The translations under genes and the position numbers were made by a program. From the IMG/VR virus record IMGVR_UViG_3300021375_000088, positions 1 to 35,626 of that record: a DNA stretch of 35,626 bases. One strand, written 5' to 3'. This stretch comes from a virus. Taxonomy: Duplodnaviria > Caudoviricetes. Of the stretch, positions 26,558 through 34,561 are shown one piece after another. The notes under the pieces are model-generated. The model worked only from the letters and a program-made list of their open reading frames with translations. It was not told where the DNA came from and searched no databases. Numbering within the stretch: position 1 is the first letter of the stretch; each line of letters begins with the position of its first letter.

Positions 26558-27352
26558 ATGACAAAAACAAGAAATTTATCAGACTTACTAGATGCTAATG
26601 GTGATGTTAAATTAGGTAATTTAGATAACGTACCAGCTAGTAATGATGCTAGTGCATTAACTACAGGTACACTACCTATAGCTAGAATAGCTGATGGAGA
26701 TATTACTACTGCTAAACTTTCAGACAGTTCAGTTTCACTTGCTAAACTAACAGCAACAGGAACTAAAGATGCTACAACCTTTTTAAGAGGAGATAATACT
26801 TTTGCAGTAGTTTCATCTGATTTTGTAAAATTAGCTTCTGGTTCTTTTAGTTCAAACAGTTTGTCTTTTGATGGTTATTTTACTTCAGCTTATTCTCATT
26901 ATAAAATAATTATAACTGACGCAATTCCATCAGGTAATAATAATGGTATTGAAATGAGATATAGAATATCAGATTCAGATGTAACAACTTCCGATTATAA
27001 TAATGTTGGACAACATGGTGCTATTAATCTTGGAACAGGAGCAAGTGACGGAACTTCTCATGCTGAAGGTGATAGTAAATTTATATTACAGCAAGGTTAT
27101 GCTGTATCAAATGCAAGTGGTTTGTGTTTGAATGCAGAATTAACAATTTTTAATCCATTAAGCACATCTTTATATAAACATTATCATTATAAAAGTTCTT
27201 GTCATTATAGTTCAGCAACTGGATATTGGGTAACCTCAACTGGTGGTGGTTATTATGACGCTAACACAACTGCTTTAAGTGGATTTACAATTTTAAATTC
27301 AGCAGGAAATATTACATCAGGCAACGTCTATTTATATGGGATAAAAGCATAA
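26558..27352 (+). CDS. Tail fibre-like protein
   Basis: ITTAKL repeats, TTFLRGD, C-terminal YLYGIK. Confidence 0.7.
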   Translation: MTKTRNLSDLLDANGDVKLGNLDNVPASNDASALTTGTLPIARIADGDITTAKLSDSSVSLAKLTATGTKDATTFLRGDNTFAVVSSDFVKLASGSFSSNSLSFDGYFTSAYSHYKIIITDAIPSGNNNGIEMRYRISDSDVTTSDYNNVGQHGAINLGTGASDGTSHAEGDSKFILQQGYAVSNASGLCLNAELTIFNPLSTSLYKHYHYKSSCHYSSATGYWVTSTGGGYYDANTTALSGFTILNSAGNITSGNVYLYGIKA

Positions 27353-27570
27353 TGAAAAAAGTAATTATAAGACCAACTGGTATAGAAGAATTAGATTTAA
27401 CTGCTGAAGAAATTGCACAAAAAGAAACAGATGAAGCAAATGCTTTAGTTCAAAAACAAGAACTAGAACAAGCACAAACAAACGAAGCTAATAAAAAAGC
27501 ATCAGGCAAACAAAAGTTACTAGACTTAGGATTATCCGAAGAAGAAGTTAAAGCACTAATAGGAGTATAG
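27352..27570 (+). CDS. Probable fibre-associated/assembly protein
   Basis: LTAEEIA and KLLDLGLSEEEV; follows the fibre gene. Confidence 0.65.
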   Translation: MKKVIIRPTGIEELDLTAEEIAQKETDEANALVQKQELEQAQTNEANKKASGKQKLLDLGLSEEEVKALIGV

Positions 27571-27572
27571 CT

Positions 27573-27788
27573 ATGAAATTTGTATTAGCTTACACTATCT
27601 GTTCGGCTATAACAGGCTTATGTAATAATACAGCAGTATCAAAAGTAGAATTTAATTCCTGGAGTGATTGCGTTAAAGCAGGTGCAATAGCAACTATTCA
27701 AACTACCAATCAACAGGAAAAAAAATTTAACGAAAAAAAATTATATGTAAGTTATTTTTGTAATGAAATAAAGAGAGATGATGCTTAA
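27573..27788 (+). CDS. Hypothetical Cys-containing protein
   Basis: ORF with SD AGGAG. Confidence 0.75.
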   Translation: MKFVLAYTICSAITGLCNNTAVSKVEFNSWSDCVKAGAIATIQTTNQQEKKFNEKKLYVSYFCNEIKRDDA

Positions 27789-28044
27789 AAAAAAATCATC
27801 ACATAAATCTAACTTAGAAGATCACAATGGTATCAGAATATCATACCATGAAAAAGTTTGTGCAGAAAGAATGAAAACTTTATTTAATAGAATTGATGAA
27901 ATGAAAAAAGATATGAAAGAATTAAAACAAGATATATCTGAAGTAAAAGCAAATATAAATAAAAGTAAGGGTGGTTTGAAAGTTTTATTAGCTGTTGGTA
28001 GTATTGTTGCTGGAGCTATAGGATTTTTTAAATACAATGGCTAA
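27778..28044 (+). CDS. Coiled-coil protein with C-terminal TM helix
   Basis: HEKVCAER, heptads, hydrophobic C-terminus. Confidence 0.75.
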   Translation: MMLKKKSSHKSNLEDHNGIRISYHEKVCAERMKTLFNRIDEMKKDMKELKQDISEVKANINKSKGGLKVLLAVGSIVAGAIGFFKYNG

Positions 28045-28345
28045 TAGAAGAAAAACTGCAGTAGTAGGATTAACATCTGAACTTAAAGCTCAAGCTCGTC
28101 TTGCTGAAGATCCTAATATAATAGTGTTCACTCCTGTGGGTGGTCTTGGTCCAGTAGATATTGTTACTTTAAATATGATAACAGGTAAGTATACTGCTTA
28201 CGATGTTAAATCTAAAAATTATAGAAAAAATAATTCAAAAAATATTCCTGCTGATGGATATAAAAGAAATATTAAAGGAACATTTATATCTAGAGGAGCA
28301 ACTAAAGAACAAAAGAAACTTAACGTAAGGATTATATACGAATGA
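28037..28345 (+). CDS. PD-(D/E)XK nuclease-like protein
   Basis: G..SE, PVDIV, YDVKS motifs. Confidence 0.6.
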   Translation: MANRRKTAVVGLTSELKAQARLAEDPNIIVFTPVGGLGPVDIVTLNMITGKYTAYDVKSKNYRKNNSKNIPADGYKRNIKGTFISRGATKEQKKLNVRIIYE

Positions 28346-28815
28346 AATTATCAAAAAATTTTACACTACAAGAACTAACTAAATCAGATACAGCTATTAG
28401 ATTAGGTATAGCTAATGAGCCTAACTCAGATCAGATTGAAAAATTACAAAACCTTTGCGAGACTTTACTTCAACCTGTTAGAGATAAATTTGGTCCAGTA
28501 ATTATAACGTCTGGATTTCGTAGTGAACAGCTATGTGTTAAGATAGGCAGCTCAATCAATAGCCAACATAGCAAAGCTGAAGCTGTAGATTTTGAAGTAC
28601 CTGGAACTGATAATGCCGATCTTGCTTATTGGATAAAAGATAATATAGAAGGGTGGGATCAAATGATCCTTGAATTTTATACGATTGGTGAACCTTCAAG
28701 TGGATGGGTTCATTGTAGTGTTGCAGATAAACCTAGAAAACAATTCTTGAGAGCTTTTAAAGAAAATGGTAAGACAAAATATAAACCAATACTAGGAGAC
28801 ATAAGATGTGGTTAG
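28342..28815 (+). CDS. Endolysin, peptidase M15A family
   Basis: LSKNFTL.E, ITSGFRS, SQH...EAVD, WVHCS. Confidence 0.92.
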   Translation: MKLSKNFTLQELTKSDTAIRLGIANEPNSDQIEKLQNLCETLLQPVRDKFGPVIITSGFRSEQLCVKIGSSINSQHSKAEAVDFEVPGTDNADLAYWIKDNIEGWDQMILEFYTIGEPSSGWVHCSVADKPRKQFLRAFKENGKTKYKPILGDIRCG

Positions 28816-29183
28816 GTGCAATTAAATTAGCTGTTCAAGCAGGTAGTCATATATATAAAAATAAACAAAAAACCAAAATGCTTATGGCAGACGCACAAAT
28901 GAATCATGCTCAAAAAATGGCTAGTGGTGAAGCAGAGTATCAAGGTAAATTATTAGAAAGTAGAAACTCAGATTGGAAGGATGAATTTATTTTAATTTTA
29001 CTAAGCGTGCCAATCGTAATGTTGGGATTTGCTGTATGGTCAGACAATCCAGAACACATGGAAAAAATGCAGCTCTTCTTTGAATATTTTTCTAACCTAC
29101 CATTTTGGTATCAATCAATTTTTGTGGGTGTCATAGCTAGTGTTTATGGTCTTAAAGCAACAGATTTAATTAAGAGGAAGTAA
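28806..29183 (+). CDS. Holin
   Basis: WKDE motif and two TM helices; adjacent to the endolysin. Confidence 0.7.
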   Translation: MWLGAIKLAVQAGSHIYKNKQKTKMLMADAQMNHAQKMASGEAEYQGKLLESRNSDWKDEFILILLSVPIVMLGFAVWSDNPEHMEKMQLFFEYFSNLPFWYQSIFVGVIASVYGLKATDLIKRK

Positions 29184-29299
29184 TGAGTAATCAAGCACCA
29201 ACAATGTTCGTATCACAATATAGTAAAAAGAAACCTACACTTCTTGCACAGCAAACAGGTAAAAAGAAAAAGAAAAAAAAATATAAAAAGAAAAAGTAA
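29183..29299 (+). CDS. Poly-lysine micro-protein (38 aa)
   Basis: MSNQAPTMFVSQYSKKKPTLLAQQTGKKKKKKKYKKKK; TAATG coupling at both ends. Confidence 0.7.
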   Translation: MSNQAPTMFVSQYSKKKPTLLAQQTGKKKKKKKYKKKK

Positions 29300-29433
29300 T
29301 GGCTAAACAAAAATTTACACACTTTGTACCTAGAGATAAACCTAAAAAAAGACCAGGAGTACATAAGAAAAATCAAAATAAAAATGAGAAGAGACAAAAA
29401 AAACAAACTAGATACAAGGGTCAAGGAAGATGA
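29299..29433 (+). CDS. Basic micro-protein ending YKGQGR (44 aa)
   Basis: Manual translation; coupled at both ends. Confidence 0.75.
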   Translation: MAKQKFTHFVPRDKPKKRPGVHKKNQNKNEKRQKKQTRYKGQGR

Positions 29434-29570
29434 TTGATAAATTTTTTTATAATTTTTTTAGTGCAGTAGATAATATGTTTTCATGGTTAGAAACTTATTC
29501 TGTTAAATTTACTTCATGGTTATGGCAATCAAGAGTTAAACTATTAAGAAAAAAAAGAAAAAGAAAATGA
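29430..29570 (+). CDS. Amphipathic micro-protein with basic tail (46 aa)
   Basis: MIDKFFYNFF...LLRKKRKRK; ATGA overlaps. Confidence 0.7.
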   Translation: MIDKFFYNFFSAVDNMFSWLETYSVKFTSWLWQSRVKLLRKKRKRK

Positions 29571-29731
29571 GAGATCACAAAGTATTAGAAAGTTTTATAA
29601 AGCATACTGAAAAGAAATTAAAAGAAATGAATTTATTTAAGTTTCTTAAAAAGGAAGTAAATCATGGTGCTAATGGTACTAAAGATTATGTAATTAAAAA
29701 AGGTATTAACAAAGGTAAGGTTGCTAAATGA
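29567..29731 (+). CDS. Basic hypothetical protein (54 aa)
   Basis: MRDHKVLESF...KKGINKGKVAK; ATGA overlaps. Confidence 0.7.
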   Translation: MRDHKVLESFIKHTEKKLKEMNLFKFLKKEVNHGANGTKDYVIKKGINKGKVAK

Positions 29732-30093
29732 AAATATCAGAGAACACATCAGTTAGTATGCCTGTAAAAAATATGGTTGCTATTGTTATTGGTGTGGCTA
29801 TGGGTGTGTTTGCTTATACAGAAGTTACTGCTAGACTTACTTCACTTGAAACTTCAAGAGAATTATTTCAAGCTGATCTACTTAAAAAGTCTGAACAAAA
29901 ACCTACTGACCAAGAACAATTTATGCTTTTAGAATCTGTGTTTGCAGATGTTGAAAAATTACAAATAACACAAGAACAAAATATGACGAATAAAGTTAAT
30001 ATACAATTTTTAAAAGATCAATTAGAAAAAGCATTAAAAGATATTGAAGAACTAAAAGATAAGGTAAGAGCCAATGGAACAAGTCATCAGTAG
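29728..30093 (+). CDS. N-terminal TM plus coiled-coil protein
   Basis: Hydrophobic residues ~16-30, then heptads. Confidence 0.8.
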   Translation: MKISENTSVSMPVKNMVAIVIGVAMGVFAYTEVTARLTSLETSRELFQADLLKKSEQKPTDQEQFMLLESVFADVEKLQITQEQNMTNKVNIQFLKDQLEKALKDIEELKDKVRANGTSHQ

Positions 30094-30295
30094 TGTTGTT
30101 GCTTTATGTATGTTTGTAGCAGGTGAATTAACTGAACATCGTATTCAACCAGCTATGTCAGATTGTCTAAAAGGTAAACGTGTTGCTGAACGTACAGCTA
30201 ACGATAATGTAGAATACAAATGTGATAAGGTAAAAGCAGAGTTAGAAAATAATCTTGATGGTAGCAAAGCAATTAAAAAAATAGTAAAAGAATAA
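30074..30295 (+). CDS. Hypothetical protein
   Basis: ORF coupled to neighbours. Confidence 0.75.
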   Translation: MEQVISSVVALCMFVAGELTEHRIQPAMSDCLKGKRVAERTANDNVEYKCDKVKAELENNLDGSKAIKKIVKE

Positions 30296-30297
30296 TT

Positions 30298-30579
30298 ATG
30301 GCTATTAGAAAAACTACTAAAGGTAAAAACGCAAACTACAGACCAACAAAATCTGGAGCTGGTATGACAGCTAAAGGTGTAAAAGCATATAGAAGAGCCA
30401 ATCCAGGAAGTAAATTAAAGACAGCAGTAACAGGTAAAGTTAAAGCAGGATCTAAAGCAGCTAAAAGAAGAAAATCTTATTGTGCAAGATCTCTTGGTCA
30501 ACTTAAAAGATCATCAGCTAAAACAAGAAACGATCCTAACTCAAGAATAAGACAAGCAAGAAGAAGATGGAAGTGTTAA
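30298..30579 (+). CDS. Highly basic protein, DUF6321-like
   Basis: NPGSKLK, RRKSYCAR, C-terminal RWKC. Confidence 0.75.
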   Translation: MAIRKTTKGKNANYRPTKSGAGMTAKGVKAYRRANPGSKLKTAVTGKVKAGSKAAKRRKSYCARSLGQLKRSSAKTRNDPNSRIRQARRRWKC

Positions 30580-30580
30580 T

Positions 30581-30814
30581 ATGAAAAAAAAAGGTTGGAA
30601 AAAACCAAAGGTTCAAACATTAATCTGTGGTTACTGCAAAGAATGTAACAAAGAATTAATGAGTGATAATGGTGGTTGGATAGTAACTGCAAAGAAACAA
30701 TATTTTTGCCATGATGGTAAAGAAGGTTCTTGCTTTGACAACTACTGTGAGTTAAAAGTTAAACAACATAAGGAGCAAAATGAAAAAAGGTTATCACAAA
30801 ACAGCTACTGGTAA
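30581..30814 (+). CDS. Zinc-finger hypothetical protein
   Basis: CGYCKEC ... FCH...CF. Confidence 0.75.
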   Translation: MKKKGWKKPKVQTLICGYCKECNKELMSDNGGWIVTAKKQYFCHDGKEGSCFDNYCELKVKQHKEQNEKRLSQNSYW

Positions 30815-30941
30815 GATCGCAAAGAAGGGTCTTTACTATAATATAAATAAGAAAAAAAAATCTGGTACTTCAAAAAGTAAAGCTAAAAGCACAATCTCTG
30901 CGAAGGCTTACAAAAATATGAAGTCTGGATTTAAAAAGTAA
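30780..30941 (+). CDS. Lys-rich micro-protein (53 aa, MKKGYHKT...KGLYYNIN...)
   Basis: Manual translation; SD AAGGAG. Confidence 0.75.
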   Translation: MKKGYHKTATGKIAKKGLYYNINKKKKSGTSKSKAKSTISAKAYKNMKSGFKK

Positions 30942-31452
30942 TTTTTCTTAACTCTTCAAACTCATCCCAAATAGTATTGCCAGGATTCCAATATCGTTTC
31001 TTCTCTATTTTATTTTTTAGAGAATGTAATACAGTTGTGTGATCCTGGTTAAACACTCTACTCATTGAAGATATGCTTACATTATATTCTTCATGTAAAA
31101 GATTATAGACAATACTTCTTGCTCTAACTACATCTGAAGTTCTACCTTTGCTAAACACATCATGTTTGCTAACAGTATATCTTTCACACACTTTATCTAC
31201 AAGTTTAGAAACAACTTCTATGTTTGCATTCTTATATTTGATACCAACTTTATGTTTAACATTGCTATCTATTATTGGTTTCTTTTGTAGCATTTCTGCT
31301 GCATATAAAAACCCCTCTGAAAACCCTACCTCATATAATCTTTCTTCTTGGTTTGTTAGAAGGTAGAATGCTTTCTTTACTTTATAGATAAAGTGATTCT
31401 GGTTTAAATTTTTAATATGTTTATTGTAATGTTGATTTATATTTATGGTCAT
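30931..31452 (-). CDS. Protein with DnaA C-terminal (domain IV) HTH
   Basis: SKGRT..VV.AR and F.QDHTTVLH; start reassigned to 31452 after SD AGGGGA. Confidence 0.85.
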   Translation of the reverse strand: MTININQHYNKHIKNLNQNHFIYKVKKAFYLLTNQEERLYEVGFSEGFLYAAEMLQKKPIIDSNVKHKVGIKYKNANIEVVSKLVDKVCERYTVSKHDVFSKGRTSDVVRARSIVYNLLHEEYNVSISSMSRVFNQDHTTVLHSLKNKIEKKRYWNPGNTIWDEFEELRKITF

Positions 31453-31499
31453 AGATCCCCTACGTTTTCCTTTCTTTTTTTTCAACTCTTAGTTATTAT

Positions 31500-31667
31500 C
31501 TATTTAAATGATAACAACTGCTCTTGCGTCTTTTCTATTTTCCAAAACAATCTATAAGAATCTTTTTGATACTTATTTGCTTTTTGTTTTGCTTCCAGAT
31601 ACTTCTCGTGTTTCTTCGCTTGAAGATCCTTCAACTTTTGTAGACGCACTTTGATGTTTTCCATCAT
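31500..31667 (-). CDS. Coiled-coil hypothetical protein (55 aa)
   Basis: Manual translation MMENIKVRLQKL...; SD AAGGAG. Confidence 0.7.
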   Translation of the reverse strand: MMENIKVRLQKLKDLQAKKHEKYLEAKQKANKYQKDSYRLFWKIEKTQEQLLSFK

Positions 31668-31827
31668 GCTCCTTTTTCACTTTTGTAGAATCGAATCTTA
31701 AATTATCGATTTTACATTCTACTAACTCACCTCTATTTTGAGTGTTAGTAGCCTTTTGTATATCATCAAAAAATTCAGTCATTTCAAAATGACATTCTCC
31801 ATTGATAATTCTTTTAAATTTTGTCAT
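31573..31827 (-). CDS. Hypothetical protein
   Basis: ORF track; follows the DUF3310 gene. Confidence 0.65.
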   Translation of the reverse strand: MTKFKRIINGECHFEMTEFFDDIQKATNTQNRGELVECKIDNLRFDSTKVKKEHDGKHQSASTKVEGSSSEETREVSGSKTKSK

Positions 31828-31829
31828 AT

Positions 31830-32039
31830 TTATTTGTTTTTTTCAACTTCTTTTTTAATCAAAAAATCTATATACTGTTTGGCTTTTTTAAGATCTTCAA
31901 TACCATTTTTTCTTTTATATCTAGAAATGTATTTAATTACATTGCCTTCACAAAAATCAAATTCATTTTGAATTATAAAGTCAATAGGTTCAATCTTATT
32001 TGCTACGTAATGTTTGGGTTCTTTTATATTATCTGTCAT
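31830..32039 (-). CDS. DUF3310 (SaV-like / T7 gp1.7-related) protein
   Basis: P.HY...IEPIDFI, GNVIKYISR, EDLKKA; start MTDN at 32039. Confidence 0.88.
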   Translation of the reverse strand: MTDNIKEPKHYVANKIEPIDFIIQNEFDFCEGNVIKYISRYKRKNGIEDLKKAKQYIDFLIKKEVEKNK

Positions 32040-32054
32040 ATTAAATCCTTTTTT

Positions 32055-32100
32055 AAGCAAGGTGGGGAAAACGGAAAGGGAAAAAAACCCCACCCTGCTT
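32055..32100 (-). ncRNA. 13-bp stem with 20-nt pyrimidine loop, candidate anti-Shine-Dalgarno RNA
   Basis: Fully paired on the minus strand (one G-U), no U-tract, loop UUUUUUUCCCUUUCCGUUUU. Confidence 0.5.
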
Positions 32101-32116
32101 GATACATTCTAATTAA

Positions 32117-32410
32117 TTAGAAAGTATATTCGTTATTAGCACCATCATTTGCTTTTGCAAAGCTATTATTAGTAGCTTTTCCTGCTCCACTTGGCGTTAA
32201 AATTATTGTCAACTCACCTTCTTTAACATTGCCATCTTGATCTTTAGATGGAAACGCAGCTTGGTTGTACCATTGACCATTAACATTTACTCCAACTGTC
32301 CAGTTTTTGTCTGGATGTTTCATGTTTTTTGGACCAATATAAACTGGAACTTTATCTGCTGGAGATTTCCAATCTGGGTTTTTTACTAGGTTAATGTATA
32401 TTTTATCCAT
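32117..32410 (-). CDS. Probable single-stranded DNA-binding protein
   Basis: Follows erf; beta-rich core with flexible tail ending EYTF. Confidence 0.55.
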   Translation of the reverse strand: MDKIYINLVKNPDWKSPADKVPVYIGPKNMKHPDKNWTVGVNVNGQWYNQAAFPSKDQDGNVKEGELTIILTPSGAGKATNNSFAKANDGANNEYTF

Positions 32411-32438
32411 GTTCTTTACTCCTTAGTTATATCAATCT

Positions 32439-33074
32439 TTATGATTGATTATTTTTTAGTTGAATCTCACGAACACCAGCAGCGTCTGCTACTTGTTTAT
32501 ATGCTCGTAAGTTATTTTTAATTAGATATTGGACTTGCTCTCTATACTTAGATTTAACAGAATTAAACTCTGTTAAACTTTTAGCATTTTTAAGTTCATC
32601 TTTTATCTCTTCCACATTTATACTATCATCAGTATATTGTGGTTCTGCTTCTACAGATGGCTCTGAAGAATTTTGTTTAAATGGTTTTGCATTATAACCA
32701 TCTTCTAAATCCATTCCTGTCTTTAGATTTAATGCGTTTAAGAAAGCATACTTTTTACTGTATGACATAGCTTGACCAGTTCCATATTTATCTAAACCAC
32801 CCATTGCAGTACAACCATCAATTATAATAAAATTACTTGGTTCATCAACGTCAGTTATTTTCATAGTGCAAGTTACGATTACAAACTTATCTGTTATATC
32901 TGTAATGTAATTACAAGTTGGATATAAACCATTTTCTAATAGAGCTGCCATTGCAACTCTTTGAACGTCATCGTGCAATAAAGGATTAAAAGGCATACCT
33001 TTAACTTTACTTGCTTTCTTTACACCACTTGCATGATTACAAGCATTGTATAATTTCTTATGTATGTTTCCCAT
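32439..33074 (-). CDS. erf: ERF-family ssDNA annealing protein
   Basis: G.AMSYSKKYAFL..L.L.TG.D.E signature; start at 33074 with SD GGAGA and 8-nt spacer. Confidence 0.88.
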   Translation of the reverse strand: MGNIHKKLYNACNHASGVKKASKVKGMPFNPLLHDDVQRVAMAALLENGLYPTCNYITDITDKFVIVTCTMKITDVDEPSNFIIIDGCTAMGGLDKYGTGQAMSYSKKYAFLNALNLKTGMDLEDGYNAKPFKQNSSEPSVEAEPQYTDDSINVEEIKDELKNAKSLTEFNSVKSKYREQVQYLIKNNLRAYKQVADAAGVREIQLKNNQS

Positions 33075-33111
33075 GTTTTTATTCTCCATTTTATATATGT
33101 TATTTGTTTCT

Positions 33112-34038
33112 CTACTCATATTTTACTCCCCATAGTTTAGTTATTAATTGTTTTTGTTCATCTGCTAAATCTTTGTAATAAAAAAAGTGATTAAGATCTG
33201 GTGGTTCAATCATCATTGCTAATGTTTCCAACTTACCTTCGGCAAACATAATCATTCTTTCCCAAAGTAAGATCTTCTCAACCATTTTAAAATAAAGATA
33301 TTCCAAATGATCTGCCTTCATTAACTCATGGCTTTGGTCAAAGATAATATAATCTTTGTCATTAACATATACCAAGTAAGGTATTTTTTTTGTTGCCATG
33401 TAGTAGAATGAAGTTTGTGTTAAGTTTTCAATTGTAGGTTCAGTAGGTAGATCTTGAGTTATCATGTTCCACTCTTCTTTACCTTTTACTTTTCTTAAAT
33501 TAGGTGGCTTCGTTTTAAGTTCTATAAATTTTGTTTTACTTTCATAATCTATACGACCAATGACAGGTTTAATCATAGTCATTTCTTTTAATTCAACATA
33601 CCTTTCACAAACTAATTTTTCTTTACCAATAATATCCTGGACAACTTTCTTTGTAATTGGAATACAATCTTCGGCAAACTTCAACATTGATTTTCTGCCA
33701 AACTTATCTTTAGCATCTACTGGTTCTTTTTCATTTATAATTTCTAATTCTTTTTTAAAACAATTTTGGTAGCTTCTATCTTCTTCTGTAAACTCATCTT
33801 GTTTAATTGTTTTTGATTTATAGATTACATCTGCAATCATTCTCTGAACCACATTATTAACTAGGTTACCAAAGTTTGCTTTGTATCTAAATGCAAATGT
33901 TCTTCTAATTTCTTGAGGGAAAGTATAACCAATTAGATTTTTTGCAAAGGGTGTTGATGTTGATGAATAAGACCAATGATCTAAACCTTCACCACCATTA
34001 AATATTGAAAATGCTTTTTTTATTTTATTTTTTTCCAT
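33112..34038 (-). CDS. PD-(D/E)XK exonuclease (RecE/Cas4-like), partner of ERF
   Basis: H.S.S, GRID, IELKT, Q...Y motifs. Confidence 0.85.
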   Translation of the reverse strand: MEKNKIKKAFSIFNGGEGLDHWSYSSTSTPFAKNLIGYTFPQEIRRTFAFRYKANFGNLVNNVVQRMIADVIYKSKTIKQDEFTEEDRSYQNCFKKELEIINEKEPVDAKDKFGRKSMLKFAEDCIPITKKVVQDIIGKEKLVCERYVELKEMTMIKPVIGRIDYESKTKFIELKTKPPNLRKVKGKEEWNMITQDLPTEPTIENLTQTSFYYMATKKIPYLVYVNDKDYIIFDQSHELMKADHLEYLYFKMVEKILLWERMIMFAEGKLETLAMMIEPPDLNHFFYYKDLADEQKQLITKLWGVKYE

Positions 34039-34064
34039 TTTTTCCAATCTGTTTTTTTACACTA

Positions 34065-34113
34065 ATTATAATGATTTTTTAATGTTGTCAACGGATAATT
34101 TTAATTGTATAAC
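34065..34113. promoter_or_regulatory. Divergent sigma70-type promoters with overlapping -35 elements
   Basis: Plus: TTGTCA(34085)-17-TATAAC(34108); minus: TTGACA(34091)-15-TATAAT(34070). Confidence 0.6.
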
Positions 34114-34122
34114 GGAAAGAAA

Positions 34123-34383
34123 ATGAATAAAAAAAAACTACCATATAAAAAGGTGCGTATTATTTGGCAAGATATTTGCTCATCTTCCCAATGGTATGAT
34201 GATCTTACTGATGTTGATAAGTTTAGTTATTCTTGGTGTGAAGATGTTGGTTATTTATATTATAAAGATTCTAAAATAGTAAAAATCTTTACATCTTTTT
34301 CTTATGATGATGACAAACTATCTATTGGAAACATAACTGCTTATCCTAGATCTGTGGTTAAAAAAATATTGTACGAAAAATGA
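34123..34383 (+). CDS. Hypothetical phage protein
   Basis: V.I.W.D....QW, C..VGYL, YPRSVV motifs; ATG at 34123. Confidence 0.8.
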   Translation: MNKKKLPYKKVRIIWQDICSSSQWYDDLTDVDKFSYSWCEDVGYLYYKDSKIVKIFTSFSYDDDKLSIGNITAYPRSVVKKILYEK

Positions 34384-34541
34384 CATACTCTGGAATCTTT
34401 GATGAAATAGATTTAAAAGAAGTTAAGAAGTTAAAAAATGAAATTAAAAAACTAAAAAAAATAATTGATGATCTTGAAACGCATATGAATTTAAAAGATT
34501 TTGAGATACAAAATTTAAAAGAAAGATTAAAAAATGGATAA
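34380..34541 (+). CDS. Coiled-coil hypothetical protein (53 aa)
   Basis: Manual translation MTYSGIFDEIDL...; ATGA coupling. Confidence 0.75.
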   Translation: MTYSGIFDEIDLKEVKKLKNEIKKLKKIIDDLETHMNLKDFEIQNLKERLKNG

Positions 34542-34561
34542 CACTTACAATAGGATTGCTC

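Noticed and set aside
21726-27570. Diversity-generating retroelement as in BPP-1
   Set aside because: No reverse transcriptase and no TR/VR pair with adenine-specific mismatches seen
8247-27822. Antisense or off-frame ORFs inside structural genes (8247, 11326, 11627, 14602, 15887, 22073, 22399, 22775, 24789, 25329, 27822)
   Set aside because: By-products of codon bias and repeats in well-supported genes; no SD or motifs
29191-29424. Minus-strand Phe-rich membrane ORF
   Set aside because: Mirror of the poly-Lys plus-strand micro-genes, which are tightly coupled
32055-32100. Rho-independent terminator
   Set aside because: 20-nt loop and no U-tract after the stem on either strand
33112-34038. 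Cas4-like nuclease as a sign of CRISPR
   Set aside because: No repeat-spacer array; adjacency to ERF and SSB indicates a recombination exonuclease
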